Assembly (NCBI GenBank): GCA_030141605.1
Contig: JAQGDQ010000893.1
Span: 15,764-79,763, forward strand
Origin: Tubiluchus corallicola
Taxonomy: Eukaryota > Animalia > Priapulida
Direction: 5' to 3'
Length of the DNA: 64,000 bases
The position numbers were made by a program, and so were the translations under genes. Position 1 is the first letter of the stretch. The number at the start of each line of letters is the position of its first letter. The notes under the pieces are model-generated. The model ran no database searches, was not told where the DNA came from, and saw nothing but the letters and a program-made list of their open reading frames with translations. Shown piece by piece: positions 15,255 through 28,099 of this stretch.

Positions 15255-16292
15255 ATGTTTTGGTTGTCAGCAACACGTCACGTGTTTAGACATTATATCT
15301 TAGTAATAATTCCCGTGATTTTTCTACTCTTTATGATTGTTCACCAAAATTTTTTTGGAACATTTGGAGAGGAAAATAATAACGTCGTGGGGAAAAGTGA
15401 AATTTTACCTCAATGTACTTGTCCAAAGCACGCTGTTAGAGCTTTCGGCTATTGTTTTTGTCATCCTGGGTTCCTTGGAGAAGGATGCTGCAAAAGAGCA
15501 CCTCTAACTGAAAAAGTGTTACGTAAGTGCCCCAATCTTAGAGAAGCTGTAACGTTCGACAAATTTATGACAAAAACCAAAATGCCAGCAACGTGTTTCG
15601 TCCAAGAAGAAAGCGGCATAGTGCAAATTCCAATGTTTATGTGGCAAGAGGCTCAAACATGTGAACTGGACTGGTGGATGAAGAACTATGATCTATGGCA
15701 ACAGATCATAGATAATGACCGCCGGGAAGGCTTTGAAAATTTTAGCAAAGTTCCTGCGCAGCTAGATAGCCTAGTGGAAGTAGCAGCAGGTCCACGAACT
15801 CAGACGCTGAATATGTTAGAGGCAGTAGAACACGACTTAAACATATCACATGTCACATTAATAGAACCGCTTGCAGAAAAATATGCCAGCGAATTTAAAC
15901 ACTGTCCATATAAGCACGGAAAACTTCAGCAGTATCCAACCTCTATTGTTACCTCAACTGTTGAAGCTCTTCCTCATTCGACCAGATTTGACACTCTCAT
16001 TAGTATTAATGCGCTGGAACACGTACAGAATGCTTTGGAATACCTAGACAAAATTTACAGAATCTTGAAACCAGGAGGAGTACTGATATTTCATGACGTC
16101 AGGTACAGAGTAGCTGAACCAGCAGCTAAACATCGAAATAAATGTCATCCTATTCAAGTGTCATGGTTTGTTCTTGATAAATTTTTGGTTGAATTTGAGA
16201 CACTGTTTGTAAATACACTGCCCACAAGTTTGTCTCGTAAAACAACCTCAAATTATTTAGGAATCTACTACATTGGACGTAAAAAGAAATAA
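15255..16292 (+). CDS. Type II membrane class I SAM-dependent methyltransferase with Cys-rich EGF-like stem (345 aa, intronless, intact)
   Basis: Anchor YILVIIPVIFLLFMIV after a short basic tail; CTCPKHAVRAFGYCFCHPGFLGEGC EGF-like; motif I LVEVAAGP; post-I VTLIEP; FDTLISINALEHV..L.KIYRILKPGGVLIFHD (Methyltransf_11/23-like). Ends in TAA. Confidence 0.85.
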   Translation: MFWLSATRHVFRHYILVIIPVIFLLFMIVHQNFFGTFGEENNNVVGKSEILPQCTCPKHAVRAFGYCFCHPGFLGEGCCKRAPLTEKVLRKCPNLREAVTFDKFMTKTKMPATCFVQEESGIVQIPMFMWQEAQTCELDWWMKNYDLWQQIIDNDRREGFENFSKVPAQLDSLVEVAAGPRTQTLNMLEAVEHDLNISHVTLIEPLAEKYASEFKHCPYKHGKLQQYPTSIVTSTVEALPHSTRFDTLISINALEHVQNALEYLDKIYRILKPGGVLIFHDVRYRVAEPAAKHRNKCHPIQVSWFVLDKFLVEFETLFVNTLPTSLSRKTTSNYLGIYYIGRKKK

Positions 16293-17475
16293 TGTTAGTC
16301 GAAATGTGAAATGACAAATTACAACCAGTGAAGAAGATTTCAAGATTCAAGATTTCAAAATTTCAAGATTTTCTTTAGCCAGCATAATATATAACATTCG
16401 TACAAATACAGACTTGTGTATTTCTGTCAAAAAAATTAAGACTGTAGCTTAATTTCAGTTACGTATATTGATGTTGTGTGGTTGAGGTGAACTGAGGTAA
16501 TACCACCGAGTAAGTCAAAGGCCTTCTCGAGAAGAAACGGGTGAAGAGAAAGAGAAGAGTTGATGAACGAAAGGCAAGAATGGCACGGAGAACAACAGAG
16601 AATTAATTATGTTCCCTAAAAATCTTCCCAAGATCCCTCATATTTATTCTAAAACTTCAGAGATCACTGATTGTACTGTTCAGAGATGTTCTGTACTTTA
16701 GCTACGCTGCACAAAAGCATTAATTGTTATTGTTTTGGTTGATATTGAAGTGCAAGTATAATTGTAAGCATTAATGTAAGTAAAATTGTAAATAACGTTG
16801 TATGTGTAAATGAATTTACTTATTCGCGTTATTTGTTTCGAATTGTTTGTTTCATCCTGCCAACTCAGTTGACGTACGAATATTCCTGAGTGGGGTCCAA
16901 TTAGACCAGAATTTGAAATTTTGTCAGTGAACGAAAAATTGCTGTAACTGTTAATGGGATGTGGAATGTAGAATTTGTGGAAATTAAAAGTCATCTATTA
17001 TATGTTATAGAGTTAATGTCTGCTGAATGCAAATCAAACTGATTGAATATCATCAGTATTATATGCCCATCACGTTCATCGTAAAGAATTTTAAGACAAA
17101 AGAAATCTGCACACAAGGCAAGAAACTATTACAGTGGCTTGTCAGAACTACTAGCGAGCATTAATTCATATGATTCAAACGTAACACTAAATTATAAAAA
17201 AATGATGTACACTCTGTATATGTATATATACAATACGTAGATTGGTTATAGCACTAAAAAGTAACATCAATTTTCACATTTATGATCCAATGATTAGGAC
17301 ATGATACATGTCGGCAGGTGCATGTCTGAGTTTTCAAAGTCAGACATTTCCACATCATCTACAATAGATCACTACGTGGGCCTCTACCGCAAACAATCTA
17401 CCCACTTACGATTGAACAACGTCACCGTATTAGTTGCTTATTGTGGTGCAGCAGCCTAAAATCTACAATACAATC

Positions 17476-18031
17476 ATGCATGTAGACGGAATACGCGGAA
17501 AGGCGGCTTTTATTGGCATATTTGTGTGCACTTCTTTGCTTATTTTAACAGTCTATCATATCACTAACACGAAATATTATGTAAAAGTGACCAATCCGTT
17601 AGAAACTTTTAATAAAAAGAAAATTGTGCTGTTTGTAGGGGTAATGAGCGCGTTGGTTCGTGGGGTAAGACGAGATGCAATCCGCTCCACCTGGATGGAG
17701 TGGTGCGAGAGTTTTGATGACGTCATGTGTCTTTTCTTCGTCGATGTGCAGGATCGGTTTGGCGAAAGACTTAACGATGCGCTGATTGGTCCTTTATATG
17801 ACGAAGCTGCACTTCATAGTGATATTGTAATGGCACAGACACCTAGCGGAATGAATTTTGGTAGAAGACTAACATGGATGATGAAATGGGCTTCTGAAAG
17901 ATATGATTTCAAGTCTTTTCTGCGACTGGATGATGATACGTTTCTTTGCTTGAAGAAATTAAGAAATGAATTAAAGGATTTAAGAATTAATAGGATAAAC
18001 TGGGGATGGAGAAATTGTCCAGAAAATGAGA
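17476..18031 (+). CDS. GT31-family glycosyltransferase (GT31b), exon 1
   Basis: MHVDGIRGK + anchor AAFIGIFVCTSLLILTVY; LFVGVMS..RRDAIRSTW; EAALHSDIV; FLRLDDDTFLC (DxD); exon ends before GTGAGT donor at 18032 (phase 1). Confidence 0.8.
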
Positions 18032-18284
18032 GTGAGTTATATAAGGCAATTTTTGAAGCATTTTTATGCAATGAAACCAATTTGTTCCAGCAAAATGTGT
18101 GAAATTGTCTTGCATTTTTATAACTTAGTTAGTCAGGCAATAACCCTGTTGATTTTGCACGTAAAAGGTGCATTTCAGTAAAAGACAATGAGAAATTACC
18201 ATTTAAAATCATCAATAAAACTAAATAAGATAACTAATTATTAATGAAAAGATGAATGCATGAAATTTAATTTAATTTCATTAA

Positions 18285-19430
18285 ATGATTTATTATTGAT
18301 TTGATTCGATTCGATTCGATTCGATTCGATTCGATGCGATTCAATTCAATTTAACTCAACTTAACTCAACTCATCTCAACTCAACTCGAACATAAAACTT
18401 GAAACTTGAAACTTGAAACTTGAAACTTTACACTTTCCACTTTACACTTTACACTTTACACTTTACACTTTACACTTTACACTTAACTTAACTTAACTTA
18501 ACTTAACTTAACTTAACTTAACTTAACTTAACTTAACTTAACTTAACTTATATTTAAGTTAGTAACTTATAAGTTATGTTAAGTTAATTTACCGTATTTA
18601 TTCGAGTATAACGCGCAAACTTTTCTACCTAAAAAGAACTCAAAGTTTGGGTGCGCGTTATAAACGAGGGCTGGGGTGACACGCTTAGATGTATCAATAC
18701 ATTATTTGTGCAATGACTCATTAGTAGCAGACTTTGTCAGACCGTGCCATTTCCAAGAATTCTTATTATCCGCTGTGATGTATGATAGTTGATAATTTCC
18801 TCGCCTCGCCCACACTGCAACGTGAGTTAAGCATTGCTTGTTTTGCACAATTACCAATTTCCAGAGTTATAAAGTTTCAATTCAGTGTTCTTTACATTTT
18901 TATTTACCCGGTAGATGGCAACTCTGGGTATCAAGAGAAAACGTTCTGCATTCCTGCCAACTGGGACACTGATGATAAATTGACTCAAGAAGAATGGGAA
19001 CAACTCTTTGGTGTATCTGATGATGAATCGGACTTTGAATGATTTTAAATAAATATTGTTAATTTTATTTCGGTATTGTGTTCATAGTTTACTTTAAGTT
19101 GTCAAAAAGTGATTGCTATCATGGCCGCACGTGTTCAACAACGTTTGTCACTTACAATGCTTGGCCTGAGCCGAGAAAAAGTGAAACAAAATTTTATACC
19201 GATTTTTAATCGAAAATTCGGGGTGCGGGTTATACACGTGTGCACGTTATACTCGAATAAACACAGTAATTTAATTTAATTTGTTTTGATTCGATTCGAC
19301 TCAATTCAATTCAAGTCAAGTCAATTTAATTTACAATAGTCTAATCTAATCAAACCCAATCTAACCTAATCTAATCTAATCTAATTTAATCTAGTCTAGT
19401 CTAACCTAATCTAACCTAACTTAGCTCTAA
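18285..19430. repeat. Compound 5-7 bp microsatellite block in the GT31b intron, interrupted by a MITE
   Basis: (GATTC)n, (AACTC)n, (AAACTTG)n, (ACACTTT)n and (ACTTA)n before 18590; (AATTT), (GATTC) and (AATCT)n after 19268. Confidence 0.9.
18592..19266 (+). mobile_element. pogo/Tc1-mariner-type non-autonomous element
   Basis: TIRs ccgtatttattcgagtataacgcgca / tgcacgttatactcgaataaacacag with TA on both sides; internal acidic remnant DTDDKLTQEEWEQLFGVSDDESDFE resembles pogo transposase C-termini. Confidence 0.8.
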
Positions 19431-20021
19431 CTCATGTAAATAAATCTGCAATTTAAAAAGATAAAAAAATTAAAGATATAAAGACAAAACAAGAAAAAGA
19501 TCTGAAAACGTCCAAGGACAAAAATCGCCGGACTATAGGGACTTTCAAATAGTATAATTATTCCCTCAAGCAAGATTTACTATAAAAGTAAAAAAAACTT
19601 CAAATTATTTTAACTCACCTGCTGCCACCTAAGGATTGCAAAAAAGTTGTTGTCATGGTTCTTCCACCAGCTATGAAGAACGCGGGCCTCGTGCATAGAA
19701 TATTGCTTATTAAATTCTAAGTTCTTCTGTCTAAATTTATGGAAGCTGTGATGGGAAACTGGAGATTAACTTGGGTTCTCCATTAATATTCAGTGATACA
19801 GTATTATATTACACCATGGAAATTTCTGTGTTATTTAAATTGCATATTACTTAAACATTTTGCTAATGTACTATCTATGGAAAATCTATGTATTGGATTT
19901 TGTGAAACTGTCTGATTCAAGCCAAAAAACTATACTAAAAATACAAATAAACTAAAGACTAATCAAGAAAATTTGAAAATCAATGTTAACTATTTGTTCT
20001 CAAATAAATTTTCTTTTTAAG

Positions 20022-20350
20022 GACTGAGACAAATGGATGAATTCTTTCTACTTCATTCAATCGACCTCGTCAAAGAAATCCTGTCAGATATTGATGCTGG
20101 CAGGTTACTTTGTGGCAGGTTTGGTGCCCATTCAACTGAAATGTGGCTGGACAAAATGGACAACGTTACTTATTTTGATGACAACGAAAGACTCCTGATG
20201 AGTTTTACGAGTGACACAGTGAAACATCGAAACGCTACAATGTGTGATCGTATTATTGTAGTTCATCAAGTCTTCCCACCTCCCTCAGTACCCAGCAGAC
20301 CAGCTGTAATAAACATGGCGGTGACGCTCTCGTTGCACATGCACGGCTGA
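20022..20350 (+). CDS. GT31b exon 2 (C-terminus runs into the 83-bp repeat)
   Basis: Acceptor ttttctttttaag|G at 20021/20022 is phase-compatible with exon 1 (..CPENE-R-LRQMDEFFLLHSIDLV..MWL..CDRIIVVHQVFP); spliced product ~294 aa ending at TGA 20348-20350. Confidence 0.7.
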
Positions 20351-21423
20351 GAGTCTTCCCACCTCCCTCAGTACCCAGCAGACCAGCTGTAATAAACATG
20401 GTGGTGACGCCCTCGATGCACATGCACGGCTGAGAGTCTTCCCACCTCCCTCAGTACCCAGCAGACCAGCTGTAATAAACATGGCGGTGACGCTCTCGTT
20501 GCACATGCACGGCTGAGAGTCTTCCCACCTCCCTCAGTACCCAGCAGACCAGCTGTAATAAACATGGTGGTGACGCCCTCGATGCACATGCACGGCTGAG
20601 AGTCTTCCCACCTCCCTCAGTACCCAGCAGACCAGCTGTAATAAACATGGCGGTGACGCTCTCGTTGCACATGCACGGCTGAGAGTCTTCCCACCTCCCT
20701 CAGTACCCAGCAGACCAGCTGTAATAAACATGGTGGTGACGCCCTCGATGCACATGCACGGCTGAGAGTCTTCCCACCTCCCTCAGTACCCAGCAGACCA
20801 GCTGTAATAAACATGGCGGTGACGCTCTCGTTGCACATGCACGGCTGAGAGTCTTCCCACCTCCCTCAGTACCCAGCAGACCAGCTGTAATAAACATGGT
20901 GATGACGCTCTCATTGCACATGCACGGCTGAGAGTCTTCCCACCTCCCTCAGTACCCAGCAGACCAGCTGTAATAAACATGGCGGTGATGCTCTCGTTGC
21001 ACATGCACGGCTGAGAGTCTTCCCACCTCCCTCAGTACCCAGCAGACCAGCTGTAATAAACATGGCAGTGACGCTCTCGTTGCACATGCACGGCTGAGAG
21101 TCTTCCCACCTCCCTCAGTACCAAGCAGACCAGCTGTAATAAACATGGCGGCGACGCTCTCGTTGCACATGCACGGCTGAGAGTCTTCCCACCTCCCTCA
21201 GTACCCAGCAGACCAGCTGTAATAAACATGGTGGTGACGCTCTCATTGCACATGCACGGCTGAGAGTCTTCCCACCTCCCTCAGTACCAAGCAGACCAGC
21301 TGTAATAAACATGGCGGTGATGCTCTCATTGCATAATATGCATGGCTGAGAGTCTTCCCACCTCCCTCAGTACCCAGCAGGCCAGCTGTAATAAACATGG
21401 CGGTGATGCTCCCATTGCACATG
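20269..21423 (+). repeat. 83-bp minisatellite (~14 copies)
   Basis: Unit agtcttcccacctccctcagtacccagcagaccagctgtaataaacatggcggtgacgctctcgttgcacatgcacggctgag; 83-nt ORF periodicity. Confidence 0.97.
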
Positions 21424-21670
21424 TGATAATGATAGTGGCAATAACAATGTCATCAACTGAAATAATGATGGTCGCAATAACAATGTCATCAACTGAAATA
21501 ATGATGGTCGCAATAACAATGTCAGCACCTGAAATAATGATAGTGTCAATAACAATTTCAGGAACTGTGACAATGATAGTGGCAATAAACAATGTCAGCA
21601 ACTGTGATAATTATAGTGGCAATAACAATGTCAACAACTTAAACAATGATAGTGGCAGTAACAATGTGCC
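21424..21670 (+). repeat. Degenerate 39-bp tandem repeat
   Basis: aataatgatggtcgcaataacaatgtcatcaactga repeated with decay. Confidence 0.8.
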
Positions 21671-22249
21671 ACTGATGTTCACAAATTCTACCTTCTGATA
21701 TTTATAATATCAATGTACTAATTACTATTACAATGTATACTTATAATAATGTAAATACTTGTCTATTTCACCTGTGCAAAATCTATAAATGTAAGGGCCG
21801 CATTCTGTTTTCTTAAGTTCAGAGGTTGCTGGAGTTTGAGCACCAGATGGGACTTGTGTCCCCACTGTTTCGGTGCCAGTGTGAGGGTGTGACGAACCCT
21901 ATTTGTAGATTCTCTTTTTCTGTCTTTTATGTTTAGCCAACTATTTGTTCCTTTCCGTAACAAAGATTCTTTCAAACATCAACATTTTAATTTTACAAAA
22001 TTACCAAGTTAGTCAGGATTTTGGACGGATCTTATGCTGATTTTTCAAAGCTGGTCAATGTCTCCCAGTCGTTTGGTTCTCTAATCTCGTTTCCGGTATT
22101 CAAACCGCCATCCATCGCCCTCCGATACCTCTGGTTCGAACTGTCTGAGGTAGTTACCATTCCCTGGCGGCAGGGACCTGACTGGAGAACGATATAGAAC
22201 TGCAAAACTTTTTTGACCCAGCAGTTAGCCTTTAATACCTAGTTTGTAC

Positions 22250-24180
22250 CTGACCTTTTATTAGTGACTTTTAAATTTTCTTTACTCAATTCTGTTTCCT
22301 GTATAATTAGTTTACTTCACCTTCGCTCACAAAGCTGGAATGATTTTAAAGAAATCTTTCAATAGAACAAAACCCCCAGCTTGCCACCCACTTGAGACAT
22401 GCTCTCTGCGCATTGAAGAGGAGGTTGGGGATTTTTAAATGTGTTTAGCCGAGACGCGGTTCACGCCCTGCGCACAGAGAGCGATTTTAATCTTCAATAA
22501 TCTCCCCAGGAATTCGGTAATAATGGAAAAAGCGCAGAAAATAATGACCCCCGCTTTTGACCACTTGTGACATGCTCTCTACACACGAAGAGGAGGTTAG
22601 TTGAAATGTGTTGAGCCGAGACGCGATTCACGCCCTGCGCACAGAGAGGGATTTTAATCTTCAATAATCTCCTCAGGAATTCGGTAATGATGGAAAAAGC
22701 GCAGAAAATAATGACCCCTGCTTTGGACCACTTGATCACAGACAAGCTCTCTGAACACACAAAAAAGCAGCTTAATTATAAATCATGCAAAGTATTTACC
22801 TGAGCGGCAGGTTGTATCCTCGCAAAAAGAAAGATTTTAATCTTCAACAATTTTCAAAAAAGCGCCGATAATGACCACCGCTTTTGACCACTTGATACAT
22901 GCTTTCTGCACACAACAGAGCAGCTTAATAAAAAATCTTGTGTTTTGCGCCCTCCCACTATAGGTAGTTTGCGCCCTCCCCCTAAAAAATATGATAATCT
23001 GGTTGCATCAATCAAGCAAATAAGCTTGATAATAGCATTCTTAATAACATTCTTTTTTTGAACTGGTACAACAGATTCCACTGCATTATTAGCAAAGGTT
23101 AATGGCCAGCCCTGAATATGATTAACTTTCCAAAATAAACACTGAGGTTCCCACTTTAACAACTTTTAACAGAAATAGCATCTTGGCATTTTGTTCGTGG
23201 ACACGAGATTAATGTTTTGTCTAAGAAAAATATTCTTCCCACTGATTTATACTCTTTTCTTTGCCAAATTCTCTGCATTAAGTAAGCGTTAAGTCATCGT
23301 TAAGTGTTAACTGAACTTCATTTAACTTTAGACATGAGTCAAACTTTCTCAAATTGTTTTCCTACTTTTTGTTTCTGGCGCATTTGATTTTAATTAACAA
23401 CAATTCATTCAGTGCTGTGACTAAAATACATAAATGTTAAATTGTCGTTATAATTAGTCTGTGCTTTAAATGAACAAGTTAACAGACTACATTGCTAGGC
23501 CTCTCCATCACAGTAGAATCCCAACGCGCCAGGTCTTCTGTATGTCGTTTTACAGTTGCTATAATAATTTTATCCTATTTTGTAGTAAGCTAAATAGATT
23601 GACTGACGCTTGCATTGTGTTTAATCTTAACATCAGTAATGCTCAGGAATCTCTGCGTTAATAAAATTAGTCGCAAACCTAACAGCAAGAATTCTGTCAG
23701 CAACAAAACTGGCAAATTGTCTCAGCGAAAATTTTCCCGCGCACTAAAGCTTTTGCATGGAGCACTCAGTATCAGACAATGTAATGGTTAATGGGTTGAT
23801 ACCAGGTGGCATGTGACAAAATCATTGTTTTTATTGTTTTGATCTGTTTAGCACAGTTATCTGAGTCCAGGACTAGTTAATCGAACACAGAAAGTTAAGC
23901 ATGATTTCAGCTGAATAAAATTCTGTGGGTGACAAAGTTTGCAAAATGGCATTTATCGAGGCTGCAGACTGTAGACCGGTCTGTGAGGTGAAAAAAGATG
24001 ACTGGCTGGATACAGCTACTAAACTTTTAGGAATGATTCTTTAGGTCATTCTAACAGCGTTTTGTTCATTTTTATAAAATTTTAAATTTTGGCCCGCTGT
24101 TCCGTGACACTAAATATCACGAAATGGTGCTTATGAGAATGCACTTTGGAGGCTTATAACTCCAAAACGCTTACAGATTA
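22250..24180 (+). repeat. Dispersed repeat family copy with internal subrepeats
   Basis: ccacttgagacatgctctct..gttcacgccctgcgcacagagag..aatcttcaa blocks shared with 46.6-47.2 kb and 53.7-54.5 kb; ~23540-24180 matches the reverse complement of ~63355-64000. Confidence 0.7.
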
Positions 24181-24949
24181 ACACTTGGCTACTATTAGCA
24201 AAGACAATTAAGAACCAATACGCAGACATTCATTTGGTAGTACGATCACAGTCTGGTCGTGTGTCTCATCAATGACGATACGGGGTTATGACATCACCAG
24301 CACGCTGTCCCAAATATCATAGGTGCTTTACTCCGAGAAACTAATGGCCGTTTATCCTTTAATAATCATAAAATACATCAACTGACGATAAAAAATGAGA
24401 AATTGATGTGCAGCTTTTTTGTCCAGGCGCTAGTGACCGTCTATCTAACGAATGACGAAATGCATGTAACAGCGAAGAACTCGTAGCGCGAACGTGAAAT
24501 TACGTTTGTGTGGTAATAATTCTTTCACGTGAGTCATTTTTGAAAAAAAATAGTATGTTTTTTTTAATATTTTAAAAAGTAGATTATTTTGACCTGCAGT
24601 TTAAGATTGGGACCGGTTTTGCTTTAAACTACGTAACGATTTGCAGAAGTCTTTCACTCATTGTATGAAATTTGATTTTCGTTTAACTACCATTCTATGT
24701 TTAACTACGTTTTAACATGATTATTGTAAGTTATATGTTGATTTTTTTTCTCTATTATTTGTATAAATGATGTTTTTATTTGCTTTTTAAAAGCTGAGGA
24801 CTTGTGTGCAATTGCATTTAAATATTGAACTTCTACACAGTTAATTTCATGGTTAGCTTTAAATTCCGGTTGTATCATGCCATGCATTGTATCATTGTTG
24901 CAGTGATTTTTGCATTTTGCTGTTTACTTAAAAAACAATGTGCAGCCTA

Positions 24950-26435
24950 TACTAATATTCAATGCAAAGATCACGCCGAACAATGTATAGTCAATACTCA
25001 TTCTCAATGCAAAGATCACGCTAAACAATGTATAGTCAATACTCATTCTCAATGCAAAGATCACGCTTAACAATGTATAGTCAATACTCATTCTCAATGA
25101 ATAGATCACGCTGAACAATGTATAGTCAATACTCATTCTCAATGCAAAGATCACGCTGAACAATGTATAGTCAATACTCATTCTCAATGAAAAGATCACG
25201 CTGAACAATGTATAGTCAATACTCATTCTCAATGCAAAGATCACGCTGAACAATGTATAGTCAATACTCATTCTCAATGCAAAGATCACGCTGAACAATG
25301 TATAATCAATACTCATTCTCATTGCAAAGGTCACGCCGAGCAATGTATAGTCAATACACATTCTCAATGCAAAGATCATGCCGAAAAATGTATAGTCAAT
25401 ACTCATTCACAATGCGAAGATCACGCTGAACAATGTATAGTCAATACTTATTCACAATGCAAAGATCACGCCGAACAATGTATAGTCAATACTCATTCTC
25501 AATGAATAGATCACGCTGAACAATGTATAGTCAATACTCATTCTCAATGCAAAGATCACGCTGAACAATGTATAGTCAATACTCATTCTCAATGAAAAGA
25601 TCACGCTGAACAATGTATAGTCAATACTCATTCTCAATGCAAAGATCATGCTGAACAATGTATAGTCTATACTCATTCTCTATGCAAAGATCACGCTGAA
25701 CAATGTATAATCAATACTCATTCTCTATGCAAAGATCACGCTGAACAATGTATAGTCAATACTCATTCTCAATGCAAAGATCACGCTGAACAATGTATAG
25801 TCAATACTTATTCACAATGCAAAGATCACGCTGAACAATGTATAGTCAATACTCATTCTCAATGCAAAGATCACGCTGAACAATGTATAGTCAATACTCA
25901 TTCTCTATGCAAAGATCACGCTGAACAATGTATAGTCAATACTCATTCTCAATGCAAAGATCACGCTGAACAATGTATAGTCAATACTTATTCACAATGC
26001 AAAGATCACGCTGAACAATGTGTAGTCAACACTCATTCTCAATGCAAAGATCACGCTGAACAATGTATAGTCAATACTTATTCTCATTGCAAAGGTCACG
26101 CCGAGCAATGTATAGTCAATACTCATTCTCAATGCAAACAACATGCCGAACAATGTATAGTCAATACTCATTCTCAATGCAAAGATCACGCTGAACAATG
26201 TATAATCAATACTCATTCTCTATGCAAAAATTACGCTGAACAATGTATAGTCTATACTCATTCTCTATGCAAAGATCACGCTGAACAATGTATAGTCAAT
26301 ACTTATTCTCAATGCAAAGATCACGCTGAACAATGTATAATCAATACTCATTCTCAATGCAAAGATCACGCTGAACAATGTATAGTCAATACTCATTCTC
26401 AATGCAAAGATCACGCTGAACAATGTATAGTCAAT
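24950..26435 (+). repeat. 45-bp minisatellite (~33 copies)
   Basis: Unit caatgcaaagatcacgctgaacaatgtatagtcaatactcattct. Confidence 0.97.
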
Positions 26436-27519
26436 TGCTGATTTAGTGCTTACTCCAAAGCGTACATTTTATCATTTTATTTTTATTATTTATTTATTAT
26501 TGTATAGAATTTTTATAGTATTATATTGTATTATAGTATTCATTGTATAGAATTGACTAGAAATAGATTTTTCCAAAACAGAGAAAGAAAAATCTGATGT
26601 ATTTTCTGTTTCCATTACTTTTTTGTATGTCAGGTGGCATAGCCATTAAACCGGCTTATTGTGCCAAGGTATTTTACTAAAGCGAACACAGAACTAGCTG
26701 TTGAAATTTAAGAAAGTTGCTCTGATAATGTTGTACTAAATGTCGCAAATATCATACTACATAACACATTATTTATTAAAGTGCAAGATAACAAAAAATG
26801 AAATAGCACAAAAAGAGCATAAAATAGCTTATGTGTAACAGGTATGTCTTCACTAGCCAAAAGCAGATTCATTGACTGCAATTTATTTAAACCACAGATG
26901 AACATCATAGAATATTTTATTAATTCATATATCTTATATATTATATCTTGTAATATCTTCTTGCGCCTATGTGGGATATATTCAAGTTCTATTAACTGTA
27001 CACAAAAAATTATTTTTAGTGATAATTTACCCCTACTATTTACCCCTACCAGAAGCCCCAATATGCGGTTAATTGACCACTCATGAATAAAGCGGAATTT
27101 AATTTCTCAGCACCACAAACCAAACAAACAAAAAGTTTACATAATTTGTAATTAAGCAAATAGGTACGTTTATTACATGGAAACGTCAGAACAAAATTAC
27201 TGTACTCCAGTAAGATGGCAACGTAGTGACTCTCGTTACGTAATCACTACTTAATACTTTTCAGTATGTAATAAAGATTTCACATAACAAATTGTTAAAT
27301 CAAATCTAAGATATCGTGATAGTAAAACAATATTGGTTGAACAAACACACACATTTGCAAACTTAAAACAATGAAAGAACTGAATAACTGAATGAAACAC
27401 ATTTTCTGTAGGGTTTCATAATGTTTCTGATTTCAACGTCCATTAACGTTGTTTAACATTTTGTTTCCTCTACTGCAATTCTCGAAATTCGTTTAGCGGC
27501 AGCGATGGTGGCAGCTCTT

Positions 27520-27780
27520 TTCGATGTGGGTCGATTACCTGGTTGAGTGGAATCAGCTCTGGTCGATGAGGGTCGAATACCTGGTTGAGTGGAGACAGCT
27601 CTGGTCGATGAGGGTCGAATACCTGGTTGAGTGGAGTCAGCTCTGGTCGATGTGTGTCGAATACCTGGTTGAGTGGAGACAGCTCTGGTCGATGTGTGTC
27701 GAATACCTGGTTGAGTGGAATCAGCTCTGGTCGATGTGTGTCGAATACCTGGTTGAGTGGAATCAGCTCTGGTCGATGAG
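27520..27780 (+). repeat. 42-bp minisatellite (~6 copies)
   Basis: Unit gtcgaatacctggttgagtggaatcagctctggtcgatgtgt. Confidence 0.95.
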
Positions 27781-28099
27781 GATAGCTCTGTGATAGGCCC
27801 AATTTCAGTTAGTTAGTATAGTTAGTTATAGTACTTCAGCAAACAAAACATAGATGTATAACACATAGATGTGTTCTGCACAATTCTGTAAAGCTTTGGA
27901 TCAGATACGTAGAAAGAAAATCATATTTAGACATAGAAATTTGCGAACTAAAAATTCTTTATTGTGTACAGAAAAAAGTCGTACCGTAAACCTTAAGCTA
28001 AACCTAAACATATGTTTCTCTAGAAAGTCACCTAGTTAGAGGCCTGAACTGTATTGAAGCCCATATGAATAAACCGGAATTTAATTTCTCGACATTCAG

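Noticed and set aside
24825-26216. Hydrophobic repeat-protein ORFs
   Set aside because: Translations of the 45-bp minisatellite, interrupted by stops in variant units.
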